The translations under genes were made by a program, and so were the position numbers. A stretch of 54,986 bases of DNA from assembly GCA_023231475.1 (NCBI GenBank), contig JALJEE010003283.1:1-54986 (forward strand), read 5' to 3'. This document shows, piece by piece, positions 25,361 through 37,031 of the stretch; the stretch's first letter is position 1, and the number at the start of each line of letters is the position of its first letter. The DNA comes from Seison nebaliae. Its lineage: Eukaryota. The notes below the pieces were generated by a model, which was given only the letters and a program-made list of their open reading frames with translations, was not told the origin of the DNA and did no database searches.

Positions 25361-28300
25361 ATGTATGGTTTGTTAATTGATGCCGTCATCAATTGTATCG
25401 TGGAACAATATGGTGCCGATGTTTGGAAGAAAGTCCAAAAGAAAACTCGATTAGATAACGACACATTTAACATACACACCAAATACAATGAGACGATTAT
25501 TCCTCGTATTGCACGATCACTAAGTCACATCATAAGTTAGTGGAAATGAATATTTCAGAAATTTATTATTTTACAACGAAAACAATTTCTTAAAACAATT
25601 TTTTTATAATTTCTTAAGAGAAACCGATCGATGATGTAATGTTAAAGTTTGGGACATATTTTATCCATCATATGGGATATCATGGTTATGACAAAATACT
25701 GAGAATATTGGGTCGGAATTTAAGAGATTTCTTAAATGGTTTGGACAATTTACACGAATATGTGAAAACGACGTTAGATTATTAAAATGAGAATAAAACC
25801 TAATGAAAATTTTTTAATTTGTTGATAGATATGATCGATTACGTCCACCATCCTTCTTCATTGAAAATGAGAATATGACTGGTCTCGATCTCCATTACCA
25901 TAGCAGAAGGAAAGGGTATACACATTATGTTCGAGGACAAATTATAGAAGTTTTTACAATTCAATTTATTTTAAATTTCGATCAATTCAAATGAAATTTT
26001 TTCTAAAAGATTGCCCGGGTCTTCTATGACATTGAATTGGTTTGTGATATTATCAGTGAGACGGAATGTGATAACATGTCAATAGTGAAATATCGATTAA
26101 CTTTCGATAATACGGCATTCTTTATGGAGAATGAGGATGATGATGAAGATGAGGATGAGGGAGATGAAGAGGAAGAAAGAGTTGTGAATGGTGAAACAAA
26201 TAATACACTTCACAAAGTGGAGACATTGAGCAATAATTTGCATAACACGAGAAGGAAGAGTGGCGCGCTCAAATTCTTACAAGACAAACCAATAAACTGT
26301 GAACAATTTTTGGAGTTATTTCCATTTCATGTTATCTTCGATAATCAAATGGAAATCGTTAATACTGGCGTCTCCCTTAATGTGACTATTCCACATTTGA
26401 TTGGTGAAAGAATCGTCGACATTTTCACTCTCGTACGTCCCGTTGTTGGATTCACTTGGAAGAATGTTTAAATTTCATTTTTTTCTTGAATTTTCCTTCA
26501 AATATTCCGACAGATTATGCAACATTATAACAATATATTCGATGTGGTTAGTCAAGCGCCAGTAGGTTGTACAGACACCGAACCCAAGAAAGACGATCCG
26601 GACAATCCAAAAGATAGTCTGTTAACAGCTTTGTCAAAACAAGAGGAACATAAACCAGGTTAAATTCCATCAATTCCTTCATAAATTCCATCAATATGAA
26701 TTCCATTTGTTTAATAGATCAAGATGTTTATTTACAATTGAGAGGACAAATGTTGTATGTTGAGGAATGGTCATGTGTCATTTATTTGGGTACGCCAGTG
26801 CTACAAAATATCAGTGTGATGTTGAAAGCATCTCTTTATATCAACGATTTAAGTATGCACGATTCATCTCGCGATTTGGTATTGGCAGGAACACAACAAG
26901 CAGCTGAACTGAAACTTGCACTCGAACAAGAAAAAACGAAAACGAAAACGTTGGAAGATAATATGGAGAAATTGAATGTTGAAATGCAGAAAACTGATCA
27001 TCTTTTGTATCAGATGATTCCCAAGAAAATTGCAGATCGTTTACGAGCTGGAGAACCGGTTACGAAATTATCAGAAGTTTTCGACAATGTCACCATTCTC
27101 TTCAGTGACATTGTCAGTTTTACAAAAACTTGTTCGAAATTAAAACCAATCGATGTCGTTTCGATGTTGAATGAGATGTATACGAAATTCGATCATTGTT
27201 TGGAGCAACATAATGTTTATAAAGTTAACACGTTTTTAAACCATGCAAAAATTTAAGCCCATTTCAGGTGGAGACAATTGGTGATGCTTATATGATTGTA
27301 TCGGGAGCACCAGAAGTCACTCACAATCATGTTGAAGAGATAATTAATATGGCATTCGACATGTTATTGGCGACGACAACTCTCATCAATCCATCGACAA
27401 AAGAACCTTTAAGGATTCGGTTACACATTTACATTCATGAAAATTCAACATCCATTCCAGTATCGGAGCACATTCGGGACCAGTAGTAGCTGGAGTGGTT
27501 GGTTTGAAAATGCCTCGTTATTGCTTATTTGGTGAGACGGTAACGATTGCTGGAAAAATGGAGTCAGGCGGCCAAGTTAATTAAAAATATCAAAAAAATT
27601 AAATTAATTATTATTATGAAAAATTTTAAAATATTTTTCAGCCGATGCATATTCATATTTCAGAGAATGCGAAGAATCTGTTAACATCAAATAATTTCGA
27701 GATAATTCAAAACAATAAAAATGTTCGACAAAAAACTTTTTTTGTCATGGGAAAAGTGACGTTGAATGGAGATTTATTTAAAGTTCCGTTAACGGATCAT
27801 GAAATAATCGACACTCAATTCTTGGCAAAAAAGTATTTGGGTTTTGAAGTGACACGACCGGTAAATAGTATTTCTTATCGATCACCATTATCACCTGGTA
27901 TGTCGCCACGAACATCTCAAGGAACGGCTGTATCTGCAACAATTAATACCTCAATTGAAATTCCAAACACATATCAACGACTGTCGATGAAAGGACAAGA
28001 TTTGACGACAAGAAAAGAAAAAAGTCCTTCAGTTTTATCTATCGATATATTCTCAAAGAATAGTAATGTGGAATTGAGAGCGAAGTTGGATGAATCAGAG
28101 AACGATGTAATTCAAGAACAACCGTCGAATGAATTAGTTACATCATCAAATAAGAAGAATGATGAATTTAACCCATTCGGACAATTGAAATTAAATCGAC
28201 CGAACAAACCAATTATAAAAGTTTCAGAGATCGAAGCAGAGAAGAACAATGTTTCAGTCAATTCTCCTCAACAATCGTTAACACCAATCAATTCGGCATC

Positions 28301-28703
28301 TTCACAGAGTAATTTCTTAACGGTTAATTGTCCAAAACTCAATTTACCTAGCGAGAAACGACTGATCGAATCGAAATCGAAAAATTTAGTTAACGGAAAT
28401 ATCGAAATGAATTCTGCCGATTCGACATCACTTCTAATTCAACCTAAAGTTCCTCCAAATCCAATCGACGAAAATCATTCGGATAACAATAGCAATCATT
28501 CGAATGAGAATACATATCGAATGGAATTAAAATCCAAATCAACAAATAATTTAAATGAAATATCATCAGAAGATGGAAATGAAACACACGCAGGAAAGAA
28601 GAAAACGTCGTTAATTGATATGGAGAAGATTGAAATTAAAAGAAGTAATTCAAAATTTACCGTCTGTGCTAAACAGATGTCGAGTGTTTGCACAATTTCA
28701 TAG
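25361..28703 (+). CDS. Atypical soluble guanylyl cyclase subunit (H-NOX, PAS, coiled coil, cyclase, CAAX), 9 exons
   Basis: MYGLL start, [11 protein letters not shown] (heme His), [45 protein letters not shown]. Introns 25536-25618, 25773-25828, 25950-26009, 26466-26513, 26659-26717, 27224-27267, 27420-27460, 27576-27641. Confidence 0.93.
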
Positions 28704-28847
28704 AACTCACATTAATTATATTAATTAATGAATTAATATTTATTCGATTATATTTATGTAATTTATTTGAAATTTCTAATTTTTCATCTCGATTTCCTTT
28801 TCACTAAATTTCGATTTAGTTCTCATCAATAGAAGTTATTTTCAAAA

Positions 28848-29888
28848 ATGTCTTTCCTTCTTTTTGGTATTTCTTTCGACGCCTTAAAGGATTACACACG
28901 AACATTCTGCGGTCCCGAAGGAGCGAACGAACGTTTCTCCATTAATTTGTAGAAAGAAAAAATTAATTTATAATTTACATTTTCCCCCATATATCATCAG
29001 CTGGAATTATTGGTGTATTTCTCAGATTCTTTAATGTGTTCCCTCCCGGATTATTTTTCGGGACAGTTTTCTCCTTCTACGGATTATTAGTAGCCGACTC
29101 AGCATTCCAAGATTTAACTCAAAATTTAACTGGATATTACGAATATAAGTTAGTGGGAAAAGAAATTTTAAAATTCAAAATCAATTTCATTTACTTTCCA
29201 GTATCAAATATTATACGAGTTGGGAGAATATCATTTTATATGTCGTCATATTCTTCATTTGTTTGGAGACGACGTTCGGTCTATTACTCTCTCATTTTGC
29301 TGGTGGTTTTGATGTGACTTTCAGTCTTGTCATTCTCATGTCTCAACTCGTCCAAACTATTGTTAGGAAATTTAAATTTTCATAATTTGATGTTTGAATT
29401 TAATAATCAGTTCTCATTGGCGGTGTTATGTCTATCGATTTGTGGGACGATGTTAGGTGCTCTATTCAGTAGTACGATTTTCCCTTTTGAAATGTTCCGA
29501 CGATATTGCAACTTCGCTGATGTTTACAGTGATCTGTATTGTATATCAGGAAAGAATTATGGTTAGAAAGAGAATTTATTAGATGAATTATAATTAGAAA
29601 AAGGCTTCTTCTATTCCACCTTATATTGTGGCAATGAACTAATCGAATTATGTATTCAAACAAACAAGAGTAAACATTCTTGGTTTATTTGTGGGATTGG
29701 TCTCCTGCTCGTGGGAATGGGACAAGTTAAGATTTATTTAGATGAAGGTGAATAAAATGTTGATAATAAATGGAAAAATTATACAGGGATTCATCTATAA
29801 AAGTTTACGTGAGATCCAATATCGGTCGAGAGTGGCGGACATCGCACCAATCTTCTGGAACGAATTAACCAAATTACGTTTTAGTTAA
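28848..29888 (+). CDS. Four-TM protein, probably a divergent myelin proteolipid/M6 family member, 6 exons
   Basis: Five GTT..AG introns give one continuous frame with four hydrophobic segments and a Cys-patterned second loop (YC...[10 protein letters not shown]...[10 protein letters not shown]) resembling the PLP/M6 loop. The family call is inference. Confidence 0.6.
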
Positions 29889-32490
29889 ACACGAAATTGT
29901 GAAGTATCGTAATGTGAATAAGCTGAATCGTTCTTTGTTGATCCGGTGTTGATGTTGAAGTTGGTCTGGGGTAAATGCTGAACGAATTGTCGAGGATCGG
30001 ATGGTGCTGTCGTTACATTGATGGTTTTTAGATAATGAGTATCATGTGGATCACTTTTCATGGGATTGATGTATCTCTTCAAATGATCGTCATCCATCGG
30101 ATTGCGTTGAATGGAACCGATGGGTTGCGCTGAATTATTTTGCACCGAATCTGCATGCATTGTCGATGAAACCATTTGTTGATGTGCATTATTCGGAATG
30201 GTTGTTGTTGACATCGAACTATTTTGTATCATGTTCTTCATTGGCATTTGTTGCGTTTGTACTCGATAATGATTCGATGGAGATGTATTAGGATTCGGAT
30301 TACGATCATTGGAAGAATAATATGGTGTCACTTGAGGTTGATGGATATTGTGAGCGGGAGGTGAATGTGTTGGAGAAGGAAGAGGAGGATGTGTCGTCTG
30401 CCAATATGATTCCAAAAAATCATCAAGATGCATACAAGCATCATCTAATTGATTCTCTTCCAATATCAGATCGAACATTTCCGTCGGACATTGAGCCAAT
30501 TTATCAGCAGTCACCAACTGAACATTCAAATGACGAGATTGTGATTTGCCTCTTGCTTTGATCAATCGTTGGAGGACCTGAATAATGGAAAATTGAAAAA
30601 ATAATTTTGGAAAAAAATTTGAAAACTTTTGGTGAAGAAATTTTCAAATGAACAATTAATGGAGCGAGTGCAGTTTTAACGAGTTGTGATGGATGATTTA
30701 TTGTGTCACAATCCAAAACTAATAATTGCATAGAACGTGCTAATTCGAAAATTCGCTGAATTTCCTGCACCACTTCAGCAATTCCTGTCAAACGAGATGG
30801 CACTTGTCCAATGGCACCTTGTGTTCCAACTGGTCCCCTTCCATTATTCCTTCCTGATGCTTCGGCATTTGCTGCTGTGGCTGCTGCATTCAATGTCTGC
30901 ATCGAACCGACCAATGATCGTTTCGCTAATGAAATATCAGCCGTTACATGAGTTATCATAATTCTTAAAAATAATTAGTAAATTCAAAATTGAAAAAAGT
31001 AAAGAAAAGACCTTCCTTCAAATTTCTTTTTCAAATGATCGAAAATCGCTTTTTGCATCATATCCGTCACTTCATATCCTTTCAATGATGGACCGACAAT
31101 AACGACCGGTCTCATCAACGGAACGACTTCATATGGTTCCAAATGATCTTGCTATTTAAAAAATAAAAGAAAAAATAATTAAAATAATATTGAAAATTAA
31201 AACTTTTCGAAAGAAATTTTTCCTTCTTTCTTTCGGATTGATCAATGCTGGTGATTTGACGGCATTATTTGTGTTGTTATCTTTCGAATTACTAAAATCG
31301 AAATTGAAATCGTCGTCGTCGTCTTGTAGAGAGTCGTTGTTCATTTCATCGTTACCTTCAAAAATGAATAGAATTAAAGAATTGGAATTATGGAAGAGAT
31401 TTATAAGAGAAATCAGATGAATAATTAAAAGCAGAACTTAATTGAACAGAGAGGTGAGAAATGATTCGAGGTTAGCTCATCCGATTAATAGAAAAACAAT
31501 AGATTAATAATAGAGGAAATTATTGGTAGAATGCTTACTCTCATCTCCATTGCTTCCTACAAATTGGATTTTGGTAAGTAAATATGATTTCATCAATATG
31601 AAAAGGAGAAATAGAAGTGAGAAAGATGAAGTGAATGTTCCCCGAGAAGAAAAAATGTTCGAAGTGCAGAACGGATAAATTGAAATTTTATCAATTTGTT
31701 TTTAAATTTTCATGTGCATAATTAAAATTTAATGTTTATTCTTTTAACGAAATAATGTGAAATGAGCACCTGTTCCTTTAGTTAATTTACTTCTCTTCAA
31801 ATATTGTAATCGTCTGACTGATTCTAATTTAGCAGGTGATGGTATGAAACCGATATCACAACCCTCTTTAATTAATCGTCCAATCCACCAATCTTCGTTA
31901 TATTTCTTAATAATATTTAAATGAATTTAGAAGTAAATGAAAATTAGTGTTGAGAAAAAGAAACTTCTCGAATGTGGAGAAATTCTTTCACACCAAACGA
32001 TACTGCTCGTCCATGAACGGGAGAATCGTCGTCCATCGTCCCATCGTATGCCACATTCGTACGGACAGCGAATGCCACACTTTTATGCTAATAAATATGA
32101 TTAGGAGATTCAGATGTAGAAAAAGACAACTCTCGACTGTTCCAAACATTCCCAAGCATCTCGACGTTGTTGTTGTTTGAATGTTAAAGAATCGGCAGCT
32201 CCAGCTATTCCATATTTAGTCGCAGACGAAACAGATATATTCGGCAATGCATTCTTCCGATTCAACACGGCACTACTCTGTGCCATTGATGATGAGCCTG
32301 GTCCAGCGAAGTTCTTTATTTGAGTTTTCGTCGCGCCAAATACTTCTTTTTCATCTTCCAACAATTCCGCGATTATTTTTTTGTTCTCTTTCTCCATCGC
32401 TTCATCGCGCATGTTTTCTGGTTTCGTCAAGAAGTCGTTCTTCATTCCCGCTTCTCTCTTGTTCATTCTCTCGTGTTTCTTTTCATTCAT
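29885..32490 (-). CDS. CACNB: Voltage-gated calcium channel beta subunit (SH3-HOOK-GK)
   Basis: [95 protein letters not shown]. Confidence 0.95.
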
Positions 32491-33486
32491 TTTGTCCTTA
32501 TACGTATGTCCCTCTCTCCTATTTCTATTTTATGTGCCTCTATAAAAGAACAATGTTTTTTTTTCTTATTTCCTTCCCATCAGCTATTGCCACATTTGCT
32601 TAATATTACTTTCTATTACGTCTACATCTCATTCATTTACTTCTATCTCTTTCTCCCTCTCTCTCTCTCTCTGTCTTTCTCACTATGATAATTTGCATCA
32701 TCTTCTCCACTCCTCCAACTTATCGATGAGCCACCTCCCCCCACCAAAAATATGCAAAAAAGAAGCATTTATTTACCAAATCTAAAATTATTCAGAAAAG
32801 AGAAACTAGACGAAAATCTAAAACGAATATACGATTAGTCTGTCTTTTCGAAGGGATGGCCATGACAGTTTTCATATTTCTTCCCCAATAGAACATCTTT
32901 GTCTATCAATCAGTAAACACAATTATCTCATGTCCATCAGTCCCATACATATCACTCAATTTCGTTGAAAACGAATAAATTTAACTCGTTATAAGTAACC
33001 ATATCATGCATCATATCAATTAGTCATCATATTTTCCCATCATAATTATTATTGACTTTCGGTAAACGAAACTGATTAAAGCACCAAAATTATCCTTCAA
33101 ATTTTCCTCACAATTTTTTTCTTTCACTTCAAATTTTACAATTTTAATTTTAGAGTTCGATATTAAATTAGGAATTAATCTACTTTTCCATTTTTTACAA
33201 AATTTTAAAATTCGTAAATTATCATCGATCTTAAATCGATCAAATCAAAGAAAAATTTTTAAATTAATTAATTTATCCTCAAAAGTTTACAATGTCTTAC
33301 TGAGATGTTAAAATAGATAGAATGGAAAGATACGAAAGATAATTTACTGAGGAAGAAATAAAAATATTAAATAAATTTCTGAAAAACTTTAAGAAAAAAT
33401 TCATTGATAACTTAAACATTTCGTACATATCCAAAACAAAAAAACTAAAATATTTTCAACATTGTCATTAAACTGTAAGGTCATTT

Positions 33487-35001
33487 TCAGGGACTTGATA
33501 GAATTTTTATTCCTTGGATATTCTTTGACAACTTCAAAGCCGGACCCAGACGCATTTGGAGAACATCCGTCAAATGTTTCGTCTCCAACAACATGAGAGC
33601 ATTCCCATCGATTTCATGTTTCAACAATTGATCTTCAAACTCATTCGTTCTCAATACATTCTCAACATATCGACAAACGTCATGAATCTATAAATTAATT
33701 TTAATAAATAATAAAAACAATAATTTGAAATTGAACTGTCCAATCCGATGGATCTCCGGCACTTTCAGAATTAAATTTTTTTGTCTTCTTCTCCTCCAAT
33801 TTTTCATCTACGAATAATATAATGAATGATAAAATAAAATTTATAAATTAAAACTTTTAATTAATTTTTTTTCCTTTTTATTTTTTTCTTTCTTTTTTGG
33901 ACTATCCATTGGAATCGTTCCATTTTGAAAGAAGTTCATTGCTCTTATATTATCCGGATTAACAGGAAAGGGATCTATCGGATGTTCTCTGATTAGAAAT
34001 CCGTCAATAATATGAGTTAAAATTTTGACAGGAAATTCTGAATTCGATTTGGATGTTACACGATATCTGACATCCGATGTGGATGAAATCGAACGGTTTT
34101 CAATCATCGATTCATCTTCCTTTTTTTTCGTTTCTTCCATATTTTCCGATTGTTTACTCGACGAAGAAATTTTCCTTTTCTTACTAGTCGAATTCTCTTT
34201 CGTTTCTGATGTGGAATCCAAATCTCTTTTCACTGTTATATTATTACCAATACCATCAACCGGTGAACAAGTCGACGTAGTTGTGGCAGTGGAAATAGAA
34301 GATGTTATTGTTATCATCGACGAATTCTTCTTTTGATTTGATGTAGTTGTCGAAATTATTTGACATTCACTTTTACTGATTAGAACTGGTTCGTGAGATT
34401 GTCGTTTGGATGATATTCTACCGGAATTCGTCGTTCTATTCATGGAGGGCGCTCGTGGTAAAATGAATGGTGTTGGTCCCATTGTCGCCGTATTTGACAT
34501 TGGTCGCCATTCGTAAGGATGACGAACGTAATTGGGCTGAATAGCACTGTACATTGGCTGTCGAGCATTTGGATTAGATGGAATGGCCGGTACTAATTGG
34601 GAATAGTTTGCCGGATATGGATAAATTTGACAATTTGGAGTAAATTGATTTGTCCAAATTTTATTTTTTCCCGAAATCTTTCTCGGACTTTTCGAATTCG
34701 ACGTTTTCTTCTTTTTCAATTTCTTCAATTTCTTGTGAGTCGTCTTCGTCTTCTCTTCTTTTCCTCCTTTCTTTGTCATCTGCTCCGACGTCGTTGATGC
34801 AGATGTTGTTGTTGTTGTTGTTGAATTGATTGACGTTACGTTGTCTACTGTTGAAGTACCCGATATTTGTGTGGACAAACTGGTCGTCTCCATCTCCGTT
34901 GTTGATGATGAGACTTCATTGTTTGTAGCGGAACTAATGGACGGTTGCTTTCCGTCCGTCAATTCGTCCGCTTTCGAATTCTCTCCAATGCCTTCCAACA
35001 T
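33487..35001 (-). CDS. PHC: Polyhomeotic-like protein (HD1 + SAM), 3 exons
   Basis: HD1 motif ILTHIIDGFLIREHPIDPFPV; SAM PSDWTIHDV...HEIDGNALMLL...MRLGPALKL. Introns 33808-33854 and 33688-33736. Confidence 0.85.
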
Positions 35002-35311
35002 ACCATGGACGGAAACTATTTAAGCGTACGGTTAAAATGAATATTTCTTTATTGTTCAATTGCTAAAATTATTCCGGTAATTTTGTTTATTTAAAATTAA
35101 GGAAAAATAATTGTATTTATTAAAATTTTTTTAATTTAAATTTTAAGCTTTAAAAATTAAAATTAATGTTTAATTAATTAATTTCAAAAAAAATCAAATA
35201 TTTTCAAAAATTCAGTTATCGAACTATTTATCAAAATCGATATATATATAGATCTCATCAATTTATTAACGAATCGATAAAGTTTTGGATAAAGGAAGAA
35301 TAATAAATTTT

Positions 35312-36401
35312 TTATTCGACAAATTTCTTCTGGAGGAACGATTTCAATTGTTTACAGATGGATATACCGATATCGATGAAACCGATTAATTTCTCTCTGG
35401 GGATGCTTCTTCCTATCACTTGAATATTGACAATCTGTTGAAGTACTGGTAGATAACAGACGATAATTCTTGTTGATTTCTATTAAGTAAGACATTGACG
35501 ATTAAATATTATTTCGATAAAGATGGAGGAGGAGGAGACCTTGAACGTCTCGATTTCCATAATAGTTGGATCGACTAGTATTCTATCTTCTTTCTCATCG
35601 TCATCTTTGACGGTCAACTGAAATTGACGATTATTTCATATAAAAGAGGATAAGTAGATAAGTTGACATATATTTCCTCCTTAATCGAAATTAACTGAAA
35701 TATCTAACCAACTCGACGGCAGATACGATGTCATATAATTGAATATCAGATTGTAATAAAGCGAAAGAAATCGCATTAACACTTGCACTCCATTCTGAGA
35801 GAGAATGTACGAGAGATGATGAAATGAGAAGAATGAACCTGATCCATCACTCTCCAAGACGGTGATATGAATACTGATCTTCGTATTCAGATATTTTCCC
35901 TTAGGAAAATGGGAGAAATGTTAATTCGATTTGAAGAATGGTCAATTAACAGTCATTATTACTGATTGGAATGTTTGTGAGATAAATGAGGAAAATATGA
36001 GAGTATCACTCGCTTGTTTGTTTAGAGGAGAACGTTCGATGGTGGCGAAAGGAAGATAATGAATACTTGCTTCGATTTGACACAAATCATTTTTCTCCTC
36101 ATTCCGACTCTTATCAAGAGGTCCATATCTTTCCAAAAGAGAAAAATAAGATAATGATCAAATAGATTTACTTATATGCAATTTAAACATTGTACATATT
36201 AATTTTGTATTTCCCACTGCAAAATAAGTAGAGGCAGTGGCATTTGGAACGACATTCTTCTCTATATCTGCATGAATATGTAGAGAATTATGACAATTGT
36301 TTTCCAATGAAAATGTTTGTGGGAAGTTAAAGAAAAAGTGAACTAATACTTCTAAAACTATTATTTGGACGATTCTCTTCTCTTTCTTCTCTCAACGTCA
36401 T
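35312..36401 (-). CDS. RNase PH-family exosome core subunit, most like MTR3/EXOSC6, 7 exons
   Basis: NATASTYFAVGNTKLICTIYGP, LPFATIER, ISIHITVLESDGS, SVNAISFAL, ILVDPT; six introns keep the frame. MTR3 versus RRP41 is not settled. Confidence 0.8.
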
Positions 36402-37031
36402 CGTCTTCTTTTTCTTCTTCTCGTTCTCTTTCTAAATTATGTTGATTTGAATAAAAAATTCATTTTTTTTTTTCAAATTGTCATAATAATAAACTATGAA
36501 ATTCTTGTAAGAGATGGTATCAATGAGTGGTTGCAAACGATATCGATCATAATTCATTTCTTTCTTCTGATTGACTGACTGACTGAAAGAAGTTTTATAA
36601 TTATTGCATGTGAATCTAATTGGAGAGCCTTCAATTTGGAAGGGATCTCTTTCCTTCCCTTCTCATTCGCATGTTACCGATGAATCGGTTGTTTGATGCT
36701 GTTCAATTTCATTAATTTTTGACGTAAACCGAAAGAAAATTTCTCTTATCATCATCTTCAGGTTTCTTCCCAATTCTTTCCGATTCTTTCTCATTTTTCT
36801 TCTCATTCCTTCGTCCAGTCATTACTTCTTATGAAATGACTCGTTCAATTCATCATCAAAACTATTTACGAAATGAGAAATTGATCGCTCATAAATTTTC
36901 TTTCTTTTTTCCACATTGAACGATAAGAATTTCTGTAAAAAATTCAAAATTTTTCATTTAAGAACATAGTAATTTTTGCATTCTTCCTCTATTAGACTTG
37001 AAAAGAGTTGTTTCCACAATCCAATTTTTAG

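Noticed and set aside
35962..36013. Apparent GC-AG intron (GCGAGT...CAG) in the exosome gene
   Set aside because: Reading through gives a helix expected in the RNase PH fold (FSSFISQTFQSVIMT), and a GTT donor near 35950 joins the next exon in frame.
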